NCBI GenBank assembly: GCA_017441845.1
Contig: JAFRVB010000008.1
Location: 110,143-174,142, forward strand
Direction: 5' to 3'
DNA from: Bacilli bacterium
GTDB taxonomy: Bacteria > Bacillota_I > Bacilli_A > RF39 > UBA660
Length of the DNA: 64,000 nt
Below the pieces are notes generated by a model. That model made no database searches, was not told where the DNA came from, and saw only the letters and a list, made by a program, of their open reading frames with translations. The position numbers and the translations under genes are program-made. This document shows positions 26,464 to 36,475 of the stretch, piece by piece. Position 1 is the first letter of the stretch, and the number at the start of each line of letters is the position of its first letter.

Positions 26464-27642
26464 TTAAATTATCTCCCTCAAAATATTATCATTATCTAAA
26501 ACTTTAACTAATTTATCAATCTCTTCCTTAGTATTATAAAAATATAAACTAACTCTAACAGTATTAGAAATACCTATCTCTTCATCTAATAACTTAGCAC
26601 AATGATTACCTGCTCTAACACAGATATTATGTTTACTAAGATAGATTGCTACATCTTGAGCAAACACACCATCTACATTAAATGATAATATTCCACTATT
26701 ACTATTCTTATTATAGAAAATTATTCTTTTATTTTTCTCTAACTTAGATACTAAGTATTTTTTTAACTCTACTTCATATTCATGAATCTTATCCATACCT
26801 ATTTTTTCTAAATAAAGACAAGCTTCTCTAAGTCCAATAACTTCTGCTATAGGGGGAGTGCCTGCTTCAAACTTAGATTCATCAGTATGTAATTCATAAC
26901 TTCCATCATTATAAAAATCTAAGTTCATTCCTCCACCTAGATATAAAGGTTCCATCTCTTTAAATAATTCTTCTTTAACAACTAAACACCCTACTCCAGT
27001 AGGTCCAGTCATCTTATGAGCTGAAAATGATAAAAAATCCATTCCCATACCATCAAAATCAACTTTCATATGAGGAACACTTTGAGCTCCATCAACACAT
27101 AAATAGATATTATTCTTCTTACAAATATCACTAATCTTTTTAATATCTCTAACATCACCAATAACATTACTAACCTGAGCTATACTAATAACTTTAACCT
27201 TATTAGTATCTATATTATCTATATCTATTTCAAAATTCTTATTTAAAGGAATATAGTCTATCTCAATACCAATTTCCTCTTTTAATTTAAACCAAGGTAA
27301 TATATTAGAAGCATGTTCTGCTTTATTTAATAAAACTATATCTCCTTTTTTTAACTTCTTTTTCATGAATCCAAATACTATCATATTAATACTCTCAGTA
27401 GTACCAATAGTAAAAATAACTTTACTATTTTTACCATTAATAAAACTTTTAACTATATGTCTAGTACCATCATATAATTCATTAGTCATTAAAGAGAATT
27501 CATAATCCCCTCTATGAATATTAGAAGTATACTCAGTATAATAACGATTCATACTATCAATAACATGTTTACTTTTTAAAGTAGTAGCTCCATTATCAAA
27601 ATAAATTGTCTTACCTATCATAGGAAAATCTTCTCTATTCAT
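26464..27642 (-). CDS. sufS: Cysteine desulfurase SufS (class V aminotransferase)
   Basis: PLP-Lys motif 'SFSAHKMTGPTGVG', 'VRAGNHCA' active-site Cys loop, 392 aa. Confidence 0.9.
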   Translation of the reverse strand: MNREDFPMIGKTIYFDNGATTLKSKHVIDSMNRYYTEYTSNIHRGDYEFSLMTNELYDGTRHIVKSFINGKNSKVIFTIGTTESINMIVFGFMKKKLKKGDIVLLNKAEHASNILPWFKLKEEIGIEIDYIPLNKNFEIDIDNIDTNKVKVISIAQVSNVIGDVRDIKKISDICKKNNIYLCVDGAQSVPHMKVDFDGMGMDFLSFSAHKMTGPTGVGCLVVKEELFKEMEPLYLGGGMNLDFYNDGSYELHTDESKFEAGTPPIAEVIGLREACLYLEKIGMDKIHEYEVELKKYLVSKLEKNKRIIFYNKNSNSGILSFNVDGVFAQDVAIYLSKHNICVRAGNHCAKLLDEEIGISNTVRVSLYFYNTKEEIDKLVKVLDNDNILREII

Positions 27643-27651
27643 GACTACCTC

Positions 27652-28233
27652 CTATATTTTATTTATTTCATCTACAAAATCTTTAATCTTTTCTCTATCA
27701 ACACTATCAGTATTTAATAAGAATCCCTCAAGTAGTAATTTATAACTATCTTTTCTACTAATACCTCTACTCATTAAATAGAATAACAAACTCTCTTTAA
27801 ACTTACCTATATAAGCACTATGATTCGCATTAACATCATAGTTATCTACTAATAAATTAGGCCATATCTTACTTTTACCATTCTTAATATTAATAATTTG
27901 ATTATCTTGATTACAATCACAATTCTCACTCTTTTTAGGTATAACTCCATCTACCCAATAATGTAATTTATTATCAGATACATTAACTCCATGATTATAA
28001 ACAAAACTATTAGTATTACTCTTATTATGATTAATTCTAATCTTATAAGTATTATCATCATAATTAATATTATTATAATAATAATTTAATGTAATATCTT
28101 CTTTATTTAAATTAACTTCTACATCATAACTTTTATTAATACTATAATGATAAATTATAGTATCTTCTTCTAAATCAAATTTATAAGTATCTTTATTTTC
28201 ATCTATATAAATAACCTTACTCATCTTTACCAT
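27652..28233 (-). CDS. Truncated SufD-like protein
   Basis: Only 193 aa. The C-terminal 'HSAYIGKFKESLLFYLMSRGISRKDSYKLLLEGFL' matches the SufB/D C-terminal helix region. The position between sufC and sufS is where sufD normally sits. Confidence 0.6.
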   Translation of the reverse strand: MVKMSKVIYIDENKDTYKFDLEEDTIIYHYSINKSYDVEVNLNKEDITLNYYYNNINYDDNTYKIRINHNKSNTNSFVYNHGVNVSDNKLHYWVDGVIPKKSENCDCNQDNQIINIKNGKSKIWPNLLVDNYDVNANHSAYIGKFKESLLFYLMSRGISRKDSYKLLLEGFLLNTDSVDREKIKDFVDEINKI

Positions 28234-28966
28234 CCACTATCTCATAACCATTCTTCTCTATATCATGAGCTAATTTAATATCACCAGTTTTCTTGATATT
28301 ACCATCTACTAAGACATGTACAAAGTCTGGTTTAATATACTCAAGTATTCTAGGATAATGAGTAATTATTAATACTGAAGTTTTAGGATTATCTTTTAAA
28401 TAATTATTAATATTTTTACTAACTATCTTCAAACTATCTACATCTAATCCAGAATCTAATTCATCTAAAATAATAAATTTAGGTTTAATCATCTTTAATT
28501 GAAGAATCTCATTCTTTTTCTTTTCTCCACCACTAAAATCTTTATTTAGAGATCTATGAGTCATCTTACTATCTAATTTTAAATCTTTCATATTAGATTC
28601 CATATCTTTAATAAACTGATATAAATTAGTCTTTTCTCCATTAATAGAATTAATAGCTGTTCTAATGAATTCACTATTACTTACACCATCTATCACTGTA
28701 GGATCCTGCATAGAAAGAAAGATACCTAGTTTAGCTCTTTCATCTACACTAAGCTTTAATAAATCATTATTATCAAAATTAATCTTACCTTTAACTACTT
28801 CATATTGATAATTACCCATAATAGTTTTAGCTAAAGTACTTTTACCAGTACCATTAGGTCCCATTATCGCATGAATCTCTCCATCACCAATCTCTAAATT
28901 AAATTTATCTAAAATATTAATATCACTATCTACCACTCTAGTAGATAAATTAGTAATTTTTAACAT
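28217..28966 (-). CDS. sufC: Fe-S assembly ATPase SufC
   Basis: 'MLKITNLS...', Walker A 'GPNGTGKST', signature 'FSGGEKKK', Walker B 'FIILDELDSGLD'. The start is moved to the internal ATG at 28966. Confidence 0.92.
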   Translation of the reverse strand: MLKITNLSTRVVDSDINILDKFNLEIGDGEIHAIMGPNGTGKSTLAKTIMGNYQYEVVKGKINFDNNDLLKLSVDERAKLGIFLSMQDPTVIDGVSNSEFIRTAINSINGEKTNLYQFIKDMESNMKDLKLDSKMTHRSLNKDFSGGEKKKNEILQLKMIKPKFIILDELDSGLDVDSLKIVSKNINNYLKDNPKTSVLIITHYPRILEYIKPDFVHVLVDGNIKKTGDIKLAHDIEKNGYEIVDGKDE

Positions 28967-29044
28967 AAAACCACTCCTATAAACCATATATATAATAACA
29001 TAAAAATTACAAATAATAAAAAAAATCAACATAAGTTGATTTTC

Positions 29045-30862
29045 TTATTCTACAACATATGGATCATCTTTACTACCTGTACCTGATACATATTCGGTTC
29101 CTGGTTTAAGAGAAATAGAAGGGCGAACACCAGAAGTAGCACTTATACTAAGGCAAGAAAAACCTCCCAAAGTGTCGATTGTACATCCATAAGAATGGGA
29201 GTTATGATACATACTAAAAGAACCAATCCAGTAACTAGCACCTGTTTTTCTAGTTAACTTAACTGTATGATTCAATAAAGCTAACTCTTTATAAGTCGCT
29301 AAACCAACTGGATAATCTAGTCTAGCTTTATTATTAGATAAGCTAAATTTATCTGTATCCTTTTCACAAGTTAAGGATAGACTAACAAACTCCAAATACT
29401 TACTTACACTTCCACCATTTGGATTCCATCCATTTGTACTTGAATTTATTTGAATTCTATTATAACAAAAAATTGTATCTTCTAAGTATGTTGTATAATT
29501 TGTCATATTGCTTTCATACCAATCATCTATATATGTTTTTATTGTAGAATTAGTTTGATTTACATTATCACTATAAAGCATTTCATCGATAGCATCTTCA
29601 ATACTATTCCCATTTGTTAGATCAATGTAGTAAATATATGATGAAATACTAGGTGTTTCAGCAAAATATACATATGATAGTGTTTCACACTCACCTGTAT
29701 TATTAAAACATGTATAATGATGTGTGTTCAAATTACTTTTATCATTATCTGTCATATTCCATGTTTCATATCTATCACTACCTAAAGTATATATACCCGT
29801 TGCGCTATTATACACAAAATCTTTCGCATATTTATAATTGTTTGATAAAAAAAGTGAATAATAGTAATAACTACCTGTAGAAGTGATATATTTCAAATCT
29901 GTACATGTTATTGAATCACTTCCACAAGTATAATAGTTTTTATACGGAGAATAATTACTAAACCAATCTAATTTTGAAATTGTAATGGAATCTGTTAATG
30001 TATATATACCATTATCTTCAGTATAATCAGTTCCAAGTAATATATTAGTATTATAATAATTTAATAAATTACCTTCAGTCATACTAAATCCATAAATGCG
30101 ATCACTTCTTCCACCTGCAATATAATAAACAGTAGAACATGTTGTCTCGGTTGTAGATCTACAGGTATATAAATTACCAGATGAAGAATATGTATTTGTC
30201 CATGTGTCTTGCGTTATGTCGGTTAATATATATTTTTTAGTATCACTATCATATATTACTCCCGTTCCATAATAATAATTGAATGATCCTGCCATATATA
30301 TTGTATCAAAAAGTTTATTAGAATCTGGTTTTATTGTATTTTCGATGTATCTTATATTATTCATATATGATGCATCGGCTAGTGAAGCAGAATTTGCATT
30401 AAATTGAGTTCTTCCTATTTGTTGGGCAGTACCTTCATTATTACATTTCCCTTCATTTGGTATACCATTGTATATTAATTTCACTCCACCAGTATCTGTA
30501 GTTCTAATCATTTGCCAACAAAACTCCCCAAATATTACATTCCATTTATCCAGTATCGTATTAGCGTTTGAATCGTTTGATGCATACCAATGATATATAT
30601 TTTGCGTTGGTTCAGCTATAAAAGAATCTTGATGATTATCAGTAAACTGTTTGGCGTATGTTCCTATATCTGCTTCCTTCTTTAACACATTATATAAAGT
30701 AGGACTATATTTTTCATAATCAATATCTCCAGCAATACTTAAATCTTTATTCAAAGCAGAAAAACCAACACTTATTGTTAGTAGTGTTGTCCCAAGTAAT
30801 GATAAGAATACTGTTATAAAGAATCTTACCTTGTTATTTCTTTTTAGATTGAAATTCGACAT
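29045..30862 (-). CDS. Secreted Tyr/Thr/Asn-rich surface protein with shared N-terminal leader and DUF6273-like C-terminal domain
   Basis: Leader 'FFITVFLSLLGTTLLTISVGFSALNKDLSIAGDIDYEK'. Repeated 'Y(Y/T)C...C' modules. C-terminal 'YWIGS...SGVRPSISLKPG...GSKDDPYVVE'. Confidence 0.6.
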   Translation of the reverse strand: MSNFNLKRNNKVRFFITVFLSLLGTTLLTISVGFSALNKDLSIAGDIDYEKYSPTLYNVLKKEADIGTYAKQFTDNHQDSFIAEPTQNIYHWYASNDSNANTILDKWNVIFGEFCWQMIRTTDTGGVKLIYNGIPNEGKCNNEGTAQQIGRTQFNANSASLADASYMNNIRYIENTIKPDSNKLFDTIYMAGSFNYYYGTGVIYDSDTKKYILTDITQDTWTNTYSSSGNLYTCRSTTETTCSTVYYIAGGRSDRIYGFSMTEGNLLNYYNTNILLGTDYTEDNGIYTLTDSITISKLDWFSNYSPYKNYYTCGSDSITCTDLKYITSTGSYYYYSLFLSNNYKYAKDFVYNSATGIYTLGSDRYETWNMTDNDKSNLNTHHYTCFNNTGECETLSYVYFAETPSISSYIYYIDLTNGNSIEDAIDEMLYSDNVNQTNSTIKTYIDDWYESNMTNYTTYLEDTIFCYNRIQINSSTNGWNPNGGSVSKYLEFVSLSLTCEKDTDKFSLSNNKARLDYPVGLATYKELALLNHTVKLTRKTGASYWIGSFSMYHNSHSYGCTIDTLGGFSCLSISATSGVRPSISLKPGTEYVSGTGSKDDPYVVE

Positions 30863-30950
30863 TTTTGTTTATACCTCTCGAAATTACACATTCTTATCAT
30901 GATATTATTATACATTTATACAAAAAAAATAACAAGCAATGCTTGTTATT

Positions 30951-32711
30951 TTAATATCTATCATTACCAAGTATACTTTGAGCATCTTCTAAGATCTTAG
31001 CTAAGTTGTTACTTCCTTCTACTTGGCTTCTTAAATCAGTTAATTCAGCTGATTGAGAATTGATAATTCTTTCTTTATCTCTCACTCTATCTTCTAAACT
31101 ATCCATTTGAGCTTTTAATCTATCAATTTGATCTTCATAGTTTTGAATAGATGATCTAATTCTTTCTCTATCTTCTTTAGCTCTATCTACTACTTTTCTA
31201 TTTAGATCAGTTAATTCTTGAACTTGATTCTTATATTCATCTAATTCATTCATTTGATTCTTATTAGCTTCAATTAATTTAGAAATAGTTAAAGCAGCAC
31301 TATCCATAATACTTGTTCCACTCTTAGGAGCAGAATAACTATAAGAATCATTATAATTATGACTTCTAACATCTAGATTTCTAACATCATCTTTCTTAGT
31401 CAAGTCATTTAAGAAGTCATCAAACTTATCTCTTGGTTCTTCTTTAATAGCGTTATCTAAGTCTCCAAATAGATTATCTGATTCTTGAGTTTCAAATTTA
31501 TGATCAAAGTTAACTTCATCTAATAGATTATCATCTTCTATTTTTTCAACCTTTTCTTCTTCCTCATCAACTACATTAAATTTATCATAATTAATAGTAG
31601 GAATAGTAATTGGCTCTTCTTCAGTAACAATACTATCTGTAGTTACTGCAGAGAAGTTAGCTTCTTCCTCTTCTTCAACTGGTGGAGTATCTACTACTTC
31701 ATAAGGTGATGGAACTTCAGTAACTGGAGAAACATAATCAGTATCTTCTACTGGTGCTTCAACTACATCATATGGTGTAGGAATTTCAGCTTCACCTGCG
31801 ACAGCAGCAACTTCTTGTGCTGGTACCTCACTTATTGGAACTTGAGGAGCTTCAACTTCAGGTGTAACTGGAACTTCTGGTGCTCCTTCAGGAACTTGAA
31901 CTGCATCTTCTTGAGCAACTGGAGCAGTTACATCAACTGGAGTTTCTGAAGTTGCTTCTTGAGAAACTTCTGCATTTTCCTCTACTCCATCTTCAGGAAG
32001 TTTAGGTATTTCTTCACCATTCATAGCAGTATCTATTTCTTCTTTAGTTACATTTGCATCATTAACATCAATATCAGTAAATCCAGCATTCTCAGGTACT
32101 TCTCCTTGAGGTACATTAGTTGTATCATTTAAAGTCATTGTTGTTAATGAGAATTTATCAACTGGGCTTTCTTTAGTATTATCACTTAAGAAAATAGTAT
32201 CTGAATTCTTATTAATAGCAATAAAACTATAAAATTTATCTTCTACTAAGTTTTTACCATCTAAATCATATAAACTTGCTTCACTGAATTGATCATTGAA
32301 TAAGAATCTACCATCAGTTCCCATCTCTGAGAATACTTTATCTTTAACTAAAGCAGTAGTGCTGACTAATTTAGTAGCAGCTAAAGGATCTTTTCTAGTT
32401 TCGCAAGCATCTATAACACACTGAGATACTGGAGTTGATTTTTCTACTAATAAAATATCTTTAGTGATTAGTTTAATATTCTTGTTCTCACAAGGTATAA
32501 CAATATTACCTTCCGCATCAATTAATCCAACATTCGCATGTACTACAGAAGAATCTATTGCTTCAACTAATGTAGATGTAACAATAATATTATTATTAGA
32601 TAATTTTGAGTCATTCAAAAAGTAGAATTGACGACCATCATCCGTAATCCCATAAGTACAAACTATATCACTACGATCCTTATATTTCACTAACCCCTTT
32701 TGTATTTTCAT
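30951..32711 (-). CDS. Hypothetical protein: N-terminal beta-rich domain, acidic Pro/Glu/Val-rich spacer, C-terminal coiled coil
   Basis: 586 aa. 'GLIDAEGNIVIPCENK' resembles a WG-repeat strand. The centre is 'PEVPVTPEVEAPQVPISEVPAQEV'. The C-terminal heptad-like stretch is 'DRLKAQMDSLEDRVRDKERI'. Confidence 0.45.
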   Translation of the reverse strand: MKIQKGLVKYKDRSDIVCTYGITDDGRQFYFLNDSKLSNNNIIVTSTLVEAIDSSVVHANVGLIDAEGNIVIPCENKNIKLITKDILLVEKSTPVSQCVIDACETRKDPLAATKLVSTTALVKDKVFSEMGTDGRFLFNDQFSEASLYDLDGKNLVEDKFYSFIAINKNSDTIFLSDNTKESPVDKFSLTTMTLNDTTNVPQGEVPENAGFTDIDVNDANVTKEEIDTAMNGEEIPKLPEDGVEENAEVSQEATSETPVDVTAPVAQEDAVQVPEGAPEVPVTPEVEAPQVPISEVPAQEVAAVAGEAEIPTPYDVVEAPVEDTDYVSPVTEVPSPYEVVDTPPVEEEEEANFSAVTTDSIVTEEEPITIPTINYDKFNVVDEEEEKVEKIEDDNLLDEVNFDHKFETQESDNLFGDLDNAIKEEPRDKFDDFLNDLTKKDDVRNLDVRSHNYNDSYSYSAPKSGTSIMDSAALTISKLIEANKNQMNELDEYKNQVQELTDLNRKVVDRAKEDRERIRSSIQNYEDQIDRLKAQMDSLEDRVRDKERIINSQSAELTDLRSQVEGSNNLAKILEDAQSILGNDRY

Positions 32712-32890
32712 ATCAACACCACCTAATTATTCTACTATATCATATATGTTTACTATTTTATTTTAACACATTCAAAGTCAATACGCAATTAAAAATATAA
32801 AAAAATTTTTACATTTTTTTACAACAAAATCAAGTAACTTAATAATTGAATTATTTCCTTATTTTAGATACAATAAATATAGGTGATTAT

Positions 32891-33616
32891 ATGCAAAAAC
32901 TCAAAATCCAATATGCCATATTTGTCTTTATAGTATTTATGATTTTAGGTATAGTTGTAATTAATCAAAAAATGACACCTATCTTTGAAAAGAAAGCTGA
33001 TCAAAAGATAAATGATTATATCAATGAAAAATATAATGATTTAAAAGATGTTAAGAAATCTAAAACTAAATTTAAAAATAATAAATATGAAAAGATAATA
33101 ACTAATAAAAATAATGATAATTATTACTTTAAAATTTATTATCATAATAAAAAAATAACTGATACATATAAAAAAGATTATTTAGAGGGAGCCACTCTAC
33201 TTAATCACATATCTAAAAAGATTCAAAAAGATATAGAAAATAAAATAGATAAAAAATATAAAGTAATAATAGATAAAAAGTTAAATAAATTTTCTGAAAA
33301 GAGTAGAGAATCTATTATTAAAGAAAAAGACTTATTATCTTCAGAAATATATGTTTTAGAAATAAAACTAAATATTAAAGCAGATAAATCTACTATTACT
33401 GATACTATTTATCAAGTAGATAAAAAATTAAAGAAAGAAAACATTAAATCTAAAGCATATAACTTTATAGTAAAAGATACTGATAGTACTAATGAAATAA
33501 TAATTAATAATTTAACAGTAAATAAAGATTTAAAATTAATAATTAATGATATAATTAATAATAAGAATAGTAATTATTTAAGAGAAAATAATATTACATT
33601 TGAGAAAATAGATTAG
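32891..33616 (+). CDS. Lys/Asn-rich membrane-anchored hypothetical protein
   Basis: The ATG at 32891 is preceded by TAGGTGAT. One TM helix (IFVFIVFMILGIVVI), and the rest is low-complexity K/N/I-rich. Confidence 0.45.
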   Translation: MQKLKIQYAIFVFIVFMILGIVVINQKMTPIFEKKADQKINDYINEKYNDLKDVKKSKTKFKNNKYEKIITNKNNDNYYFKIYYHNKKITDTYKKDYLEGATLLNHISKKIQKDIENKIDKKYKVIIDKKLNKFSEKSRESIIKEKDLLSSEIYVLEIKLNIKADKSTITDTIYQVDKKLKKENIKSKAYNFIVKDTDSTNEIIINNLTVNKDLKLIINDIINNKNSNYLRENNITFEKID

Positions 33617-33625
33617 GAGGTTTTT

Positions 33626-34015
33626 ATGAACGATTGTATTTTTTGTAAGATTATTAATGGAGATATTCCATCAAACACTGTATATGAAGATGAAACTATT
33701 AAAGTAATTACAGATATTAATCCTGTTACTAATGGACATTTATTAGTATTACCAAAAGAACATTATGTTAATATATTTGATTTAGATGATGCAGTATTAT
33801 TAAAGATAATATATTATGTTAGAGAGACATATCCTGTTTTAAAGGAAAAACTTGGATGTATTGGTTTAACTCTAGCTCAAAATAATGGACATGGACAAGA
33901 TGTGAAACATTTTCATTTGCACCTAATACCTAGATATCAAAATGATAATGTTGATCTAACTAGATATGAAAAAATAATTGATCCAGAAGAAATATATAAC
34001 AAATTAATGGACTAA
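33626..34015 (+). CDS. HIT-family (histidine triad) nucleotide hydrolase
   Basis: 'CIFCKII', 'GHLLVLPKEH', triad 'HFHLHLIP', AGGAGG RBS. Confidence 0.85.
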   Translation: MNDCIFCKIINGDIPSNTVYEDETIKVITDINPVTNGHLLVLPKEHYVNIFDLDDAVLLKIIYYVRETYPVLKEKLGCIGLTLAQNNGHGQDVKHFHLHLIPRYQNDNVDLTRYEKIIDPEEIYNKLMD

Positions 34016-34069
34016 ATCGAATAAATTTGTTAGTATATTATGTAGCGAAACGGGAGAGTGAGGAAGAAA

Positions 34070-35050
34070 ATGAAGAAAAAACTAGTTATGGCATTAGCTT
34101 TAGTTGCCGCAATTACTACATTAACTGCTTGTAAATCATCTAAAGTAGATGGAATGCTTGTTAGTATGAAAGGTGCTAAAGTAACTGCTCAAAAATATTA
34201 TGATGAAATAAAAGAAGATAGAATTTCAACATTAGTAGATATGATTGATCATCAATTATTCGATGAAAAATATAAAACTACTGATGCTGAAACTAAATAT
34301 GTTGATGAAAAAGTTGAAGAGTTAAAAGAACAATATTCTAATGGTAACGATGAACAATTTGAATCATTATTACCAGCATATTTCGGTGTAGATAGTATTA
34401 AAGAACTTAGAGCTCAATATGCTTTAGAATATAAAAGACAAAAAGCTGTAGAAGATTATTTAGAAGATCATTTAACTAAAGGAGAAATAAATAGTTACTA
34501 TAATAATTATATTACTGGTGATGTTAAAGCTTCTCATATCTTAATTTCTTCTAAAGTAAGTGATAAAGCATCTAAAACAGAAAAAGAAAAAGCAGAGAAA
34601 GCTGCTAAGGCTAAAGCAGAAAAAATAATTAAAGAATTAAAAGCTGGAGCTGATTTTGCTGAATTAGCTAAGAAATATTCAGATGATGATGCTACTAAAG
34701 CTAAAGGTGGAGATCTAGGATACTTTGATGTTAACGATATGGAAGAAGCCTTTGCTGATGCTTGTAGAGATCTAAAGAAAAATGAATATACTAAAAAACC
34801 AGTTAAAACATCTTATGGATATCACATTATCTTAAAGAAAGCAGAGAAAAAGAAACCTAAATTAGATGATGTTAAAGATGATATTAAAGAAACTCTTGCT
34901 AAAGATAAATTAGATAAAGATGATAAACTAATCTATTCAACATTAATTGAATTAAGAAAAGATAAAAAGATTAAATGGAATGATTCTAAGATGAAAAAAG
35001 CTTATGAAGAATATACAAATAAATTAGCTGGAAATACTGAAGATGAATAA
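34070..35050 (+). CDS. prsA: Foldase lipoprotein PrsA (parvulin-type PPIase)
   Basis: Lipobox 'LTAC', parvulin core 'VKASHILI...GGDLGYF...SYGYHII'. Confidence 0.8.
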   Translation: MKKKLVMALALVAAITTLTACKSSKVDGMLVSMKGAKVTAQKYYDEIKEDRISTLVDMIDHQLFDEKYKTTDAETKYVDEKVEELKEQYSNGNDEQFESLLPAYFGVDSIKELRAQYALEYKRQKAVEDYLEDHLTKGEINSYYNNYITGDVKASHILISSKVSDKASKTEKEKAEKAAKAKAEKIIKELKAGADFAELAKKYSDDDATKAKGGDLGYFDVNDMEEAFADACRDLKKNEYTKKPVKTSYGYHIILKKAEKKKPKLDDVKDDIKETLAKDKLDKDDKLIYSTLIELRKDKKIKWNDSKMKKAYEEYTNKLAGNTEDE

Positions 35051-35059
35051 AAAAAGAAG

Positions 35060-36475
35060 TTAAACTTCTTTTTTTATTTTCTTATAAAAGTAATACTCTT
35101 TTTCTTTATATATAAGTTTATATGATTTATTATCTTTTAAATAATAATATAGTGGATATTTACTGGATACTAAGTAATAATCAAAATCATATTTCTTCAT
35201 TATCTTTTTAAAATCTTTAGATAAGAAAGTTAAATCTAAACTATCATTATAATTCTTTTTAGAATAGAGATCTGCTCTACCATCTATAAATACTTCTATA
35301 TCATTATAGATTAATTCTCCTCCTAGATTATATAAATTATATAACTTATTTGGATTTTCTTTCTTAATAGTATTAATAAACTTATCACTTAACTCAGTTT
35401 TAGTAGTATCAACCATAATATTTTTATTAAATGAATAACCAAATATAAATATAAAGAGACATGATGCTAGTATTAATATAATATTAGTACCCTTATCATC
35501 TTTTCTATCAGGAATATAATAGAATACTACTAAACTCATAATAATATATGTATATATCCAAAATCTAATACTTTTAAGACCTAAGAATAAACAAAATAGA
35601 AATAAAATTCCATCTATAAATCTAATCTTCTTTTTACTTAAAGTAAATATAAGTACTATGATAAATGCTAAAACAAAGTACATTAGATGAGTTCCATTAT
35701 TTAAAACAGTAGGTTGCCATTCTGATATAGTAGCTAACATAGTAGAATTAAGCATATTCTCATATGGATAAAATATCATCTTTATACCATGAGGATTTAT
35801 ATTTAAACATAAGAAACTAATACACATAATTAAAATATAAGTATTTATTTGTTTTAAACTAAGTCTATTTGCTTCTACTTTACTAAAATTAAACTTACAT
35901 ACACTAGCTATTATAAATATAAGTGGTATTAAATATACTAAGTTACTAGATCCCCCATGTATATTAGCCCATAATATAGCTATTATTGGTAAAAAGAATA
36001 TCTTTTTAGAATCTTCATTATTATATAAGTCATAACAGAAATAACAAGTTAATAATAAGAATATACTACTAAGCATATGAGGTCTAGCTAGCATAACAGT
36101 AGATGTTATAAAACCTAAACATAACCAAATAATTCCAAATAACTTATTTCTTTCAATATTCTCTCTATTAATAAAATATATAATTAAAAATAATAATAAT
36201 GAACATACTAATCCATATACAAATATATTGTATTTAGAAAACAATAAATATAAACCATATATTATTACTTCAAAACCCCATTCATGACTCATCCAATATG
36301 TTCCTGGAATAGTCCAAGAAAAGATATCATGAGTTAGAATAGAATGATTAGAAAACATGTATTCTCCTGCTTTAATATGCCATAGATAATCACTATCTAT
36401 TCTCATAAAAACCATTAAGAATAATACAAAAGAAATAGTAAAAATTAAGAATATTAATCTACTTTTATTCTTCAT
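35060..36475 (-). CDS. Polytopic membrane protein (possible GT-C-type glycosyltransferase; unknown)
   Basis: At least 10 predicted TM helices and an N-terminal loop 'WHIKAGEYM...DIFSWTIPGTYWMSHEWGFE'. The function is not established from the sequence. Confidence 0.4.
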   Translation of the reverse strand: MKNKSRLIFLIFTISFVLFLMVFMRIDSDYLWHIKAGEYMFSNHSILTHDIFSWTIPGTYWMSHEWGFEVIIYGLYLLFSKYNIFVYGLVCSLLLFLIIYFINRENIERNKLFGIIWLCLGFITSTVMLARPHMLSSIFLLLTCYFCYDLYNNEDSKKIFFLPIIAILWANIHGGSSNLVYLIPLIFIIASVCKFNFSKVEANRLSLKQINTYILIMCISFLCLNINPHGIKMIFYPYENMLNSTMLATISEWQPTVLNNGTHLMYFVLAFIIVLIFTLSKKKIRFIDGILFLFCLFLGLKSIRFWIYTYIIMSLVVFYYIPDRKDDKGTNIILILASCLFIFIFGYSFNKNIMVDTTKTELSDKFINTIKKENPNKLYNLYNLGGELIYNDIEVFIDGRADLYSKKNYNDSLDLTFLSKDFKKIMKKYDFDYYLVSSKYPLYYYLKDNKSYKLIYKEKEYYFYKKIKKEV

